From Candidatus Multivoradales bacterium (GTDB lineage: Bacteria; Acidobacteriota; Thermoanaerobaculia; Multivoradales; JAHEKO01): DNA of 64,000 bases. Location: the NCBI GenBank assembly GCA_965248055.1, contig CBDFIJ010000004.1, positions 2,976,001 to 3,040,000 on the forward strand. The letters are read 5' to 3'. The position numbers and the translations under genes are program-made. Every line of letters begins with the position of its first letter. Within the stretch, counting starts at the first letter, position 1. Positions 55,414 through 64,000 of the stretch are shown here, one piece after another. The notes beneath the pieces were generated by a model. It made no database searches. It was given only the letters and a program-made list of their open reading frames with translations, and was not told the DNA's origin.

Positions 55414-56664
55414 ATGAGCGGTGCACGCAGACGAGTCGCGATCACCGGTGTGGGATTGGTGTCTCCATTGGGCGTGGGGACGGATGCCACCTGGCAAGGC
55501 CTCATGGATGGGATCAGCGGGGTCGGACCGATTACCCGCTTCGACGCGTCCGACTATCCCTGCCGAATCGCAGCCGAAGTCACCGATTTTGATCCCGAGG
55601 CGTACCTCAGCCGCAAGGATGTCAAGAAGACGGATGCGTTCATCCACTATGCGGTGGCTGCGGCGCAGTTCGCTATCGAAGATTCCGGTTTCGTTATCGA
55701 CGAATCGAATGCCGAACGCGTTGGAGTGATAATTGGTTCAGGGATCGGCGGCTTGCCGTTGATCGAGCGAACCTACGAGACCTTGATCGAGCGTGGACCC
55801 TCAAGGGTTTCGCCGTTCTTCATTCCCGGGCTGATCGTCAATATGCCGTCTGGACAGGTGTCGATCATGCACGGGGCTAAGGGGCCGAACTCGGCGACTT
55901 GCACCGCCTGCACCACCGGTTTGCACGCGATCGGCGACGCCTCCCGACTGATCCAGCATGGCTACGCCGATGCCATGATCTCGGGCGGTACCGAGGGCGT
56001 GATCTCTCGGTTAGCGGTCGGAGGATTCTCTGCCATGCGCGCACTGTCCACCCGCAATGACGACCCGCAACAGGCCTCCAGACCCTGGGATCAGGACCGC
56101 GACGGATTCGTCATCGGCGAGGGGTCGGGAATTCTCTTGATCGAGGAATACGAGTCTGCAGTAGCACGGGGCGCCCACATCTATGCCGAGATCGTTGGCT
56201 ATGGAATGAGTGGCGATGCACACCACATCTCAGCGCCTCATCCGGAGGGAGACGGGGCGGCGCGGGTGATGATTGCGGCAATGGGAGATGCTGGGTTGGA
56301 TCGCGCAGAGATTGAATACATCAACGCACATGGGACTTCCACGGGGTTGGGTGACGCGGCCGAAGTGAAGGCAGTACGTAGAGTCTTTGGCGAGCACGCA
56401 GATCGCTTATCGATGTCTTCCACCAAGTCCTCGACCGGGCATCTTCTGGGTGCGTCGGGCGGCTTGGAGACCGGAATCTTGGCGTTGGCGATCGACCGTG
56501 GCATTCTCCCGGCGACCTACAACCACGATAGTCCCGGCGAGGGTTGCGATCTGGACTTCATTGCCAACCAGCCGCGGCAACAGCAAATTGAAGTTGGATT
56601 GACCAATTCGTTTGGCTTTGGCGGTACCAACGGCTGTTTGGTGCTGCGCCGTCCCTCCAGCTAG
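55414..56664 (+). CDS. fabF: Beta-ketoacyl-ACP synthase II
   Basis: RVAITG.G, TACTTG, INAHGTST, KSSTGHLLGA, NSFGFGG. Confidence 0.97.
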   Translation: MSGARRRVAITGVGLVSPLGVGTDATWQGLMDGISGVGPITRFDASDYPCRIAAEVTDFDPEAYLSRKDVKKTDAFIHYAVAAAQFAIEDSGFVIDESNAERVGVIIGSGIGGLPLIERTYETLIERGPSRVSPFFIPGLIVNMPSGQVSIMHGAKGPNSATCTACTTGLHAIGDASRLIQHGYADAMISGGTEGVISRLAVGGFSAMRALSTRNDDPQQASRPWDQDRDGFVIGEGSGILLIEEYESAVARGAHIYAEIVGYGMSGDAHHISAPHPEGDGAARVMIAAMGDAGLDRAEIEYINAHGTSTGLGDAAEVKAVRRVFGEHADRLSMSSTKSSTGHLLGASGGLETGILALAIDRGILPATYNHDSPGEGCDLDFIANQPRQQQIEVGLTNSFGFGGTNGCLVLRRPSS

Positions 56665-56720
56665 AGATCTATCTTGGTGGTCGCGCGGTCCTGGGAAACC
56701 GGATATCGTTGGAACTGCTG

Positions 56721-58394
56721 ATGCACATTCTGGCGATCAAATCGGGGCCCAAAGGCGAACTCCAACGAATTCAACTCACTGAAAACGCCTATACCTTGGG
56801 AAGGTCGCGCCTGTGCGATATCCCGATTCCTCATCAATATCTGTCGCGGCAGCACTCAAAGCTAGAGAAGCGTCAAGAAGATTGGTGGTTGATGGATCTA
56901 GGTTCCAAGAACGGAACCTTTGTCAACGATCAGCGGATTGAGCGACCGACCCAGCTCACGGTGGGCGACCGCGTCAAAGTCGCCGATGTCGAAGGAGTCC
57001 TTGAGCGAGAAGAGCCGAGTCATTCGGTAACTTCGATGTCGGATTTCAGTTCCCTGGGCAATTCGGTGATTCTGGATGCCCGGCGTTTTCTCGATCAGTT
57101 GCAGTCTGGCAGTTCCTCGACCGATGCGACGCCGAACGAACGACGTCTTCATTTGCTCAACGAGGTTCACAGTACGGTGGTTGGCATTCGCGATCTGCGG
57201 GGCCTAGGCCGCTTGATGACCGACAAGTTGGTGGCGTTGTTCGATCCCGATGAAGCGGTGGTGGCGACCATGGAAGACGGTGTTCTGGTGCCCTTGGCTT
57301 CCTATCCCGGCGGTCGTTCCACGTTGTCCTTGTCTGAGAGTCTGGTACAGCAGGTATGTGAGGAGCGTCAGGCGGTCTTGCATCAAGAGGTTCTGGGGGG
57401 CGACGCGGTATCCGGAGGGTTCGATGCTGGGCAGAGTTTGATCTTGGCCGGCGTCTGGAGTTTGGTGGCTACACCGATCTTGGATGGCGAACGGGTCCTG
57501 GGGATGATCGCCTTGGCCCGTTCGCGGCAAGGATTTCAGGCATTTCTGGAGGAAGATCTGGAGTTGCTTACCTCTCTCTCTTCGGTCGCCGCTTTGCGGA
57601 TTCAGAATCTTGATTACCTCAATGCCGCGGAAGAGCAGCGGAAACTGGAACAGGAAATCTCGATTGCGCGGGGGGTGCAGCGGAGCTTGCTCCCCGACAT
57701 CTTGCCGGAGATCCCTGGATACGATCTGGTGGCGCAGAACATGCCGTCGCGGGGGGTTTCGGGAGACATTTACCAGGTCTACGATCAACAACAGACGGTG
57801 TCGCTCCTGCTGGTTGACGTTTCGGGTAAAGGAGTCCCGGCGGCAATGCTGACAGCGACCGTCGAGGCCTTAGTCGCTGGTTTGATGGAGATCGAGCAAA
57901 GTCCAGTGGAAATTGCTGATCGGCTGGGTCGTCAGCTCTATGCGCGGACCCCCATAGAACGGTATGCCACGGGTGTTTTGACCCGGGTGGATGTCGCCAG
58001 TGGTGCCCTTGAAATTGTTAGCGCTGGGCACAACACCTCGTTGCTGATTCGGGCTGGCGGCGAGATCGAACAGTTGGACTCGACCGGAGTTCCCTGGGGT
58101 CTGATGCCGGAGGCCAATTACAGCAGCCGCAGGGCGGAGATGGCGCACGGTGACATTCTGATTTTTTACTCAGACGGTATTACCGAGGCAGAGAACAAAG
58201 CAGGTGAAGAATATGGCCTCGATCGGCTGATTGCGGTGTGCAAAGAAAGCCGCCTGGGGAGTCTGGGCGAACTGGTTGCTGCGGTCGGTCGAGACTTGGA
58301 TGAGTTTAGCGAGGGAGTTCACTACCATGACGATCGCACTCTGCTGGCGTTTCGCCGGGTGTCTTTGGATCAGTTGGAAACGGTTAGCGACTGA
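56721..58394 (+). CDS. FHA-GAF-SpoIIE (PP2C-type) protein phosphatase
   Basis: LGRS..CD....LSRQH...DLGSKNGTFVN (FHA); GAF; SGDIY, DVSGKG, SAGH, YSDGITEA, DDRT. Confidence 0.9.
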   Translation: MHILAIKSGPKGELQRIQLTENAYTLGRSRLCDIPIPHQYLSRQHSKLEKRQEDWWLMDLGSKNGTFVNDQRIERPTQLTVGDRVKVADVEGVLEREEPSHSVTSMSDFSSLGNSVILDARRFLDQLQSGSSSTDATPNERRLHLLNEVHSTVVGIRDLRGLGRLMTDKLVALFDPDEAVVATMEDGVLVPLASYPGGRSTLSLSESLVQQVCEERQAVLHQEVLGGDAVSGGFDAGQSLILAGVWSLVATPILDGERVLGMIALARSRQGFQAFLEEDLELLTSLSSVAALRIQNLDYLNAAEEQRKLEQEISIARGVQRSLLPDILPEIPGYDLVAQNMPSRGVSGDIYQVYDQQQTVSLLLVDVSGKGVPAAMLTATVEALVAGLMEIEQSPVEIADRLGRQLYARTPIERYATGVLTRVDVASGALEIVSAGHNTSLLIRAGGEIEQLDSTGVPWGLMPEANYSSRRAEMAHGDILIFYSDGITEAENKAGEEYGLDRLIAVCKESRLGSLGELVAAVGRDLDEFSEGVHYHDDRTLLAFRRVSLDQLETVSD

Positions 58395-58463
58395 TCAGAA
58401 TCGGGCGTACGGTCAATCCGAGACCGCGAATTACCTAGCCAGAACTCCAGAAGACTATCCAAA

Positions 58464-58504
58464 CTAGAGATAGCCCAACTACAGACAACCCCTACAGATA
58501 GCCC
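58464..58504. repeat. Three degenerate 13-bp copies of the sulfatase-gene 3' end
   Basis: ctagagatagccc / ctacagacaaccc / ctacagatagccc. Confidence 0.6.
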
Positions 58505-60339
58505 AGCGCTCGCAACTCGGCCTGGTGCTCGGGGTCGAGGTTCTCGTCAGCGGTCGAGTCTGATTCCACGCGACCTGCGGCGATGGTCTCCATGAGTTGG
58601 AGCAAACGGTCCGCGACATCAGGGATGTCTTCGGCAATGTTGCGCATCTCCATCGGGTCCGCTTCTAGGTCAAAGAGTTGTATCTGGGGCTCGGTTTCAG
58701 GTTGTTCGGGGTCATAGCGCCAAGTCAGTTTGTACTTGCCGTCGCGGATAGCCCGACCATGGTCGGGCGTATGGAACAACCCTTCGCTGTAAATCGGGAC
58801 TTTCGGCATCACGTTGCCTCGTAGCAACGGCAGCAGCGATCGGCCTTGGATTTTGTGCTGCAATGGGATGTCGAAGAGATCCAACAAAGTTGGGTATAGG
58901 TCGACGATGCGGACCGGGGTCGAGACCATCGCGGAGGGCTGTTTGATTTCCGCGCGGTTTATCATCGACGGTGGAAAATGAACCATCAGGGGTACCGTCG
59001 TGACCGCTCGGTAGAAACTCTTGCCGTGAAACCAGATGCTGTGCTCCCAGAATTCTTCTCCGTGGTCGCTGGTGACGACGATGATCGAATTGTCGAGCAG
59101 GCCGAGCTCTCGAAAGCCGTCCAGAACGACTCCCACCTGTTGATCTAGGAAGCGGATATCTGCGTCGTACAACTGACTCACCCGCCGGTGTTCTTCTTTG
59201 GACATCACCCCGAGCCGCCGATGCAGGTGGTGGCCAAACCGGTCGGTGACTCGGCTGTCTGCGGCTGGAGCGGGCCCTCGCACGAGCTCCGGGTGGTCGT
59301 AGGGGTCGTGGGTCTCGTAGCTGTGGAGAAAAAGAAAAAGCGGTCGGCCCCGCATCTCCGAGAGCTGATCTAGAAGATCCTGTGGTTGCCTCACCCAGTC
59401 ACGGACTTGGAAAGATTCAAACCCTTGATGAAATCCGAACTTAGGATGGAGTTGGACTCCCGCGGTCCAGGCCTCAGTGCGATAACCCGTGTCAAGAAAT
59501 TGCTGCGCCAAGGGCTGGTGTTTGAATCCTGCATAGGACTCCGGGTACAGGCCGCTGAGCATCGACCAGTGCGAGGGCCGAGTCCAGGTGGATTGAGCGG
59601 TGACGTCGGAAAAAACATGGGCGGATTCAGCGAATCGATCCAAGTTGGGACTCGTGGCTTGATCATAGCCATAAACCCCCAATCGGTCTGCGCGCAGAGT
59701 GTCGAGGCTGATCAGGATCAAGTTCGGTTTTTCAGACGTTGTACTGGCGACGATCTCCGGATTCGCCCAGGCGCTATAAGTGCTTCCTTCGGCGGTGGAT
59801 GAGAACATCAGTTCGACTTGTTCTCCCCTCCATCGACTTAGATCCACCGTCGTGTCTTGCCAGGTTCCGTGGTAGATGCCCTCGCGAGTTTCTTCCAGTA
59901 GGGGATACTGCTGACCACTTTCTCTAAGGGTCAACCGGTAACTCACAGGTGGAATGGGTTCTCCGTTTTTCAGCCGGGCGCGCTGTTTAGCCTGCGACTC
60001 GCGCAGGTCCAGCACCCAGCCCAGGGCGAACTTGAGGCGCGAGTACGGGTCATCGGGAATCTGGACCTTCAGTATTTCCTCTGCACCGGACTGCAGAACC
60101 ACCGCGGTTCGGACATCAAGTCCGCCCTCTGGCGTGCGCATGGACACCGAACCGATGTTCTGGTTGCTGGCGTGCTCGATCGCCTCGAAGGTCGTGACCG
60201 TGGCGTCGGGCACGGCGACTTGGGATGTCCATTGCTTGTCCAGGTCGGTCAGGAGAATGCTCGCCGGCTCGTTGGACCGACTGCAGGCGGCGAGCAGACC
60301 GCAGGCAAAGAGGTAGCGGGCCAGTGAGAGGGAAGTCAC
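58492..60339 (-). CDS. Sulfatase-like/alkaline phosphatase superfamily lipoprotein (Thr-type active-site motif)
   Basis: Lipobox LAAC; NLILISLDTLRAD, WTRPSHWSMLSG, HDPY, SDHGEEF.EH, LFDLEADP.E, LRALGYL. Confidence 0.85.
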   Translation of the reverse strand: MTSLSLARYLFACGLLAACSRSNEPASILLTDLDKQWTSQVAVPDATVTTFEAIEHASNQNIGSVSMRTPEGGLDVRTAVVLQSGAEEILKVQIPDDPYSRLKFALGWVLDLRESQAKQRARLKNGEPIPPVSYRLTLRESGQQYPLLEETREGIYHGTWQDTTVDLSRWRGEQVELMFSSTAEGSTYSAWANPEIVASTTSEKPNLILISLDTLRADRLGVYGYDQATSPNLDRFAESAHVFSDVTAQSTWTRPSHWSMLSGLYPESYAGFKHQPLAQQFLDTGYRTEAWTAGVQLHPKFGFHQGFESFQVRDWVRQPQDLLDQLSEMRGRPLFLFLHSYETHDPYDHPELVRGPAPAADSRVTDRFGHHLHRRLGVMSKEEHRRVSQLYDADIRFLDQQVGVVLDGFRELGLLDNSIIVVTSDHGEEFWEHSIWFHGKSFYRAVTTVPLMVHFPPSMINRAEIKQPSAMVSTPVRIVDLYPTLLDLFDIPLQHKIQGRSLLPLLRGNVMPKVPIYSEGLFHTPDHGRAIRDGKYKLTWRYDPEQPETEPQIQLFDLEADPMEMRNIAEDIPDVADRLLQLMETIAAGRVESDSTADENLDPEHQAELRALGYL

Positions 60340-60348
60340 CTTGTGGTC

Positions 60349-62019
60349 CTACATGCGACCGTAGTTGGGCCCCCCCCCGCCCTCTGGAGGTATCCAGTCG
60401 ATGATCTGGTAGGGGTCCATAATGTCGCACGTTTTGCAATGCACGCAGTTAGACGCATTGATTTGCAGACGGGTTCCGGTCGGAGATGCTGCTTCGTCGA
60501 CCATTTCGTAGACCGCGGCGGGACAGAAATGGCGGCACGGATTGCCGTATTCCACGGTGCATTGGTGGATGCAGATATCGGTATCAGCGACCACCAAGTG
60601 GCAGGGCTGGTTTTCCTCGTGCCCAGTCCCGGAGTTGTAGACATCGGCGAGTTTGTCGAAGGTCAAGACGCCGTCGTATTCGATTTCGGTCGGTTCACTC
60701 GCGGCCTGATCGAGGCGTTGCATGTGCTGATGCCCCGGCTTGGTTGCCAAGCGATCGAAAATGCCAAACCCGCGCCCGCGGGTGAACATCCCCAACCCGG
60801 CTTGCAACATGCCAGCGAAGATGCCGTGGTCGAACGCCTGATGAAAGTTGCGCACCTCCCACATTTCCTCGTGGATCCAAGAGTCGTGCACTCGGCGTTC
60901 AAACGAAGTCAGTTGGGAAGCCGATGAGTCTCCAGATTTCAGAGTATCGAAGACACTCTCGGCGGCCAACATGCCGCTTTTGATCGCCAAGTGAATGCCC
61001 TTCAACCTTTGGCTGTTGAGAAAACCGCCCGAGTCGCCGATGATCAGGAATCCGTCGCCGTAGCATCGGGGACGTGCCCACCAACCGCCTTCGGGGATCG
61101 CTTTGGCGCCGTAGAAGGCCATGCTGCCATCCTCCAGCAGTGAGGCGATTTTGGGATGGGTCTTGAAACGCTGAAATTCGGTGTGCGGATCCAAGTGGGG
61201 GTTGCGATAGTCGAGGCCGATCACCAAGCCGACAATCAACTGGTCGCCGCCCATGCCGTAGAGAAACCCGCCGCCAAAGGTATGCCGATCCAGCGGCCAA
61301 CCCATGGTGTGGATGACCTCGCCGGCTGCGATCTTGCCAGGAGCCACGTCCCACACTTCCTTGACCCCGATGGCGTAAACCTGAGGATTGACGCCAGCCA
61401 GCTCCAGGGCTTCCTCAAGCTGCTTAGTGATCGTCCCTCGTGGACCTTCGCCGAGAACCGTGACCGCCGCATGAACGTCGACCCCCGGTTCGTAGTTGTT
61501 CTTAGGATTACCTTGATGGTCGAGTCCTTGATCACCGGTGCGCACGCCGACCACCCGGTCGTCTTCGAGCAGCGGTGAAACTGCAGGGAAACCGTTGAAA
61601 ATTTCGACTCCTGCGGCCTCCGCTTTGCCGCCCATCCATTTGACCAGGCGACCCAAGGAGGCGACATATTTGCCCTCATTTTCGAGCATTGGGGGAACCG
61701 GGATTGACCAAGATCGCTTGCCGGTCATCCATAGCAGTTGCTCTTGTTCGACCTTGCCCTCGAACGGGATTTCTTGCCAATCGTGGGGGAACAACTCACG
61801 CAATGATCGCGGATCGAGGACCGCTCCGGATAGCGCATGGGCACCGAGTTCGGCCCCTTTTTCCAAAACAGCGACCAGGGGTTCCAATTGGTCGCTAGGC
61901 GCCGCTTCTTGATTGTGTTGCTCGACTAACTGTTGAAGCCGGATGGCCCCGGCCAGGGACGCCGGGCCAGCACCGACAAATAAGACGTCGACTTCAAGGA
62001 TCTCTCGTTCGGTGGACAT
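60349..62019 (-). CDS. Electron transfer flavoprotein-ubiquinone oxidoreductase
   Basis: VGAGPA, LSGAVLDP, KGIHLAIKSG, C-terminal C...CPAAVYE...NCVHCKTCDI.DP...PEGGGGPNY. Confidence 0.94.
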   Translation of the reverse strand: MSTEREILEVDVLFVGAGPASLAGAIRLQQLVEQHNQEAAPSDQLEPLVAVLEKGAELGAHALSGAVLDPRSLRELFPHDWQEIPFEGKVEQEQLLWMTGKRSWSIPVPPMLENEGKYVASLGRLVKWMGGKAEAAGVEIFNGFPAVSPLLEDDRVVGVRTGDQGLDHQGNPKNNYEPGVDVHAAVTVLGEGPRGTITKQLEEALELAGVNPQVYAIGVKEVWDVAPGKIAAGEVIHTMGWPLDRHTFGGGFLYGMGGDQLIVGLVIGLDYRNPHLDPHTEFQRFKTHPKIASLLEDGSMAFYGAKAIPEGGWWARPRCYGDGFLIIGDSGGFLNSQRLKGIHLAIKSGMLAAESVFDTLKSGDSSASQLTSFERRVHDSWIHEEMWEVRNFHQAFDHGIFAGMLQAGLGMFTRGRGFGIFDRLATKPGHQHMQRLDQAASEPTEIEYDGVLTFDKLADVYNSGTGHEENQPCHLVVADTDICIHQCTVEYGNPCRHFCPAAVYEMVDEAASPTGTRLQINASNCVHCKTCDIMDPYQIIDWIPPEGGGGPNYGRM

Positions 62020-62246
62020 ATGAACTCGGCTACCCTCCGTAGAATCAATAGAACTGTGAAATCCAAAAAACTTAGTTCCGACCGAGGCAAGAATATCACC
62101 GTCGAGAAGCCCAACCTGGTTGCTAGAATCTCACCAATGACTGCTGAACAACGGGGCGAAACCGTAGCTACCAGAGTAGCCGTCGAAAGAATCGAAAAAA
62201 ACTTCAGGTCGCTCTACAAAGACCGGTGGGAAACCGATCCGGCGCC

Positions 62247-63800
62247 ATGACCACGACCGTGGCATCGTTGGCGGAAATGCCCTCCTCGAGGACTTCGGAG
62301 TTGGTCGACCAACGCGCCGATTGGATTGAAGTGCGCGCGGACCTGTTGGACGCAGGTGCAGTTGGAGAGTTGGTCGAGCGTTTTGCTCGTCGGGTGATCT
62401 ACACCTTGCGCAGTCACGCTGAAGGCGGGTCTTGGCAGGGCTGTGAAGAAGAACGGTTCGCGAGATTGGCAAAGTTTGCTGCGCAGGGGTGCTTGGTGGA
62501 CCTAGAGATCGAGCGCGACACCGACTCACGGCTGTTGGCACAAGTGCCGGTCGAACAGAGGCTATGGTCGTGGCATGGCGCGTTTGCTGGCGTGCCCGCT
62601 CTGCAAAACCAACTGCAGAAGATGTCTACTGTTGGTGGGCGCATCTACAAGCTGGTGCCAGAGACCTGCTGCCAACAGGATTCAATGGCGGTGTTTTCGT
62701 GGCTGGCTCAGCAGGACCAATCGGTGGCAGCATTTGCCACCGGGGCCGCGGCCACTTGGACAAGGGTATTGGCTTCCCGGTGGGGCAGCGGTTGGATCTA
62801 TTTGAGCGTCGGCAGGCCGACCGCGGTGGGGCAGATTTCGCTCGATCGCTGGTTCAGCGATGGCTACCATCTGACCACCCAACGGCCGACGCAGATTTTC
62901 GGGATTGTCGGCTCGCCAGTGGCACACAGCTTGTCGCCACGCATCCACAACACTGCTTACCGGGAACTGAATCTTGATCTTCTTTATCTGCCGTTTGAGG
63001 TGCCGGACTTTGCAGAGTTTTGGTTGGAAGTGGTGGAGTCCGAACACTGGCAAGAGTTGGGCTGTGACCTAGTCGGATTTTCGGTGACTGCGCCTCACAA
63101 GAGTGTGGCGCTGGCGGTAGCCGGTGCCACCAGCCCGTTGGCACAGTACACCGGGTCGGCCAACACCTTGGTCAAGGACCGTGGGGTTTGGGAGGCCGAA
63201 GTCACTGACCCGGACGGTGTTCGTGTGCCGCTGCAGCAACGGGGGATCGAACTTAGGGGAGCTCGATGCGTGGTGGTTGGCGCCGGGGGAGCCGGACGGG
63301 CTGCGGTGGTGGCCTTGCGGCAGGCGGGAGCGGAAGTGACGGTGGTCAACCGCAGTGCTGACCGCGGCCGAAGAGTGGCCGAACGGTTTCAGGTTCCCTT
63401 TGTGCCCATGGACGAATTCAACACCTGGAATGGTCAGGATGTGGTGGTCTTGATCAACACCACTGCGGTGGGTAAGAACGGCGAACCGCCACCATTCGGA
63501 CTGGCGAGCTTGGCTGAGGGTGGTTGTGTGGTCGACATGGTCTATCGAGAGTCGTTGCCGCACGGGTTGCCGGAGTCGGCTGAGCGATCGCCCACAACGC
63601 GAGAAATGGGTGCTCTAGAGACCGAACTCATCCGACAGGCGCGCGAACGAGGATTCCAGGTAATCAATGGGCGAGAAGTCTTGCTGGCGCAAGCGGTTCT
63701 GCAGTTTCGCATGATGACCGGTCACGATCTGCCGATGGACTCGGCTGGTCGGGCATTGGGGCTGGCATCGGGACTGGCATCGAGACTGGCATCGGTGTAG
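62247..63800 (+). CDS. Bifunctional type I 3-dehydroquinate dehydratase/shikimate dehydrogenase (AroD-AroE fusion)
   Basis: [22 protein letters not shown]; then [33 protein letters not shown]. Confidence 0.88.
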   Translation: MTTTVASLAEMPSSRTSELVDQRADWIEVRADLLDAGAVGELVERFARRVIYTLRSHAEGGSWQGCEEERFARLAKFAAQGCLVDLEIERDTDSRLLAQVPVEQRLWSWHGAFAGVPALQNQLQKMSTVGGRIYKLVPETCCQQDSMAVFSWLAQQDQSVAAFATGAAATWTRVLASRWGSGWIYLSVGRPTAVGQISLDRWFSDGYHLTTQRPTQIFGIVGSPVAHSLSPRIHNTAYRELNLDLLYLPFEVPDFAEFWLEVVESEHWQELGCDLVGFSVTAPHKSVALAVAGATSPLAQYTGSANTLVKDRGVWEAEVTDPDGVRVPLQQRGIELRGARCVVVGAGGAGRAAVVALRQAGAEVTVVNRSADRGRRVAERFQVPFVPMDEFNTWNGQDVVVLINTTAVGKNGEPPPFGLASLAEGGCVVDMVYRESLPHGLPESAERSPTTREMGALETELIRQARERGFQVINGREVLLAQAVLQFRMMTGHDLPMDSAGRALGLASGLASRLASV

Positions 63801-63802
63801 TC

Positions 63803-64000
63803 ATGTTGCTGCTGATCGACAACTACGATTCATTTACCTTCAACTTAGTGCAGGCTTTTCGCTCCCAGGGGGCCGCTGTTGAAGTGGTGCGCAACGACCA
63901 GATCGAGGTTGCCGAGATCGAGTCGATGAGGCCATCGTCGATCGTCTTGTCTCCCGGGCCAGGAAGACCGGAGGATGCCGGGGTATGCTTGGCTCTAGCG
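63803..64000 (+). CDS. Aminodeoxychorismate/anthranilate synthase component II (glutamine amidotransferase), partial
   Basis: Manual translation [17 protein letters not shown]...VVRND...[14 protein letters not shown]. Confidence 0.93.
   Translation, partial: MLLLIDNYDSFTFNLVQAFRSQGAAVEVVRNDQIEVAEIESMRPSSIVLSPGPGRPEDAGVCLALA

Noticed and set aside
50298-56664. fab cluster as a secondary-metabolite (type II PKS) locus
   Set aside because: Canonical yceD-rpmF-plsX-fabH-fabD-fabG-acpP-fabF housekeeping order, with no chain-length factor or tailoring genes.
62247-63800. AroD-AroE fusion as a novelty
   Set aside because: Such fusions are already known in plants and several bacterial phyla.

Overview
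High-GC chromosomal window from a diderm bacterium (kdsB and lolA present). Gene content and order suggest Acidobacteriota, possibly Thermoanaerobaculia; this is an inference. Most of it is housekeeping: kdsB (partial), ispB-like, lolA, purH, tRNA-Phe, FadI thiolase plus a TPAT-type TRAP transporter, recA, murB, MoxR/DUF58/transglutaminase, a WcaJ plus five GT4 glycan cluster, yceD-rpmF-plsX-fabHDG-acpP-fabF, ETF-QO, an aroD-aroE fusion and partial trpG/pabA. Two observations stand out. (1) At 16.8-23.1 kb is a compact protein-sorting locus. One membrane protein carries two tandem exosortase domains fused to an atypical SAM-dependent transferase domain and is translationally coupled to a SpeD-like pyruvoyl decarboxylase. 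It is divergent from a GT-C-like membrane protein and lies near a Cys-rich-repeat surface protein with an IPTL-CTERM-like sorting tail. This is a candidate undescribed anchor-modifying exosortase system. (2) Two copies of a 1252-bp IS481-family element both end exactly 5 bp upstream of a TTGAC -35 box in the same orientation, suggesting promoter-targeted transposition. The element also carries a structured non-coding segment. Many genes appear leaderless (TANNNT-N5/6-start). All calls come from reading the sequence and ORF track; no database searches were run.
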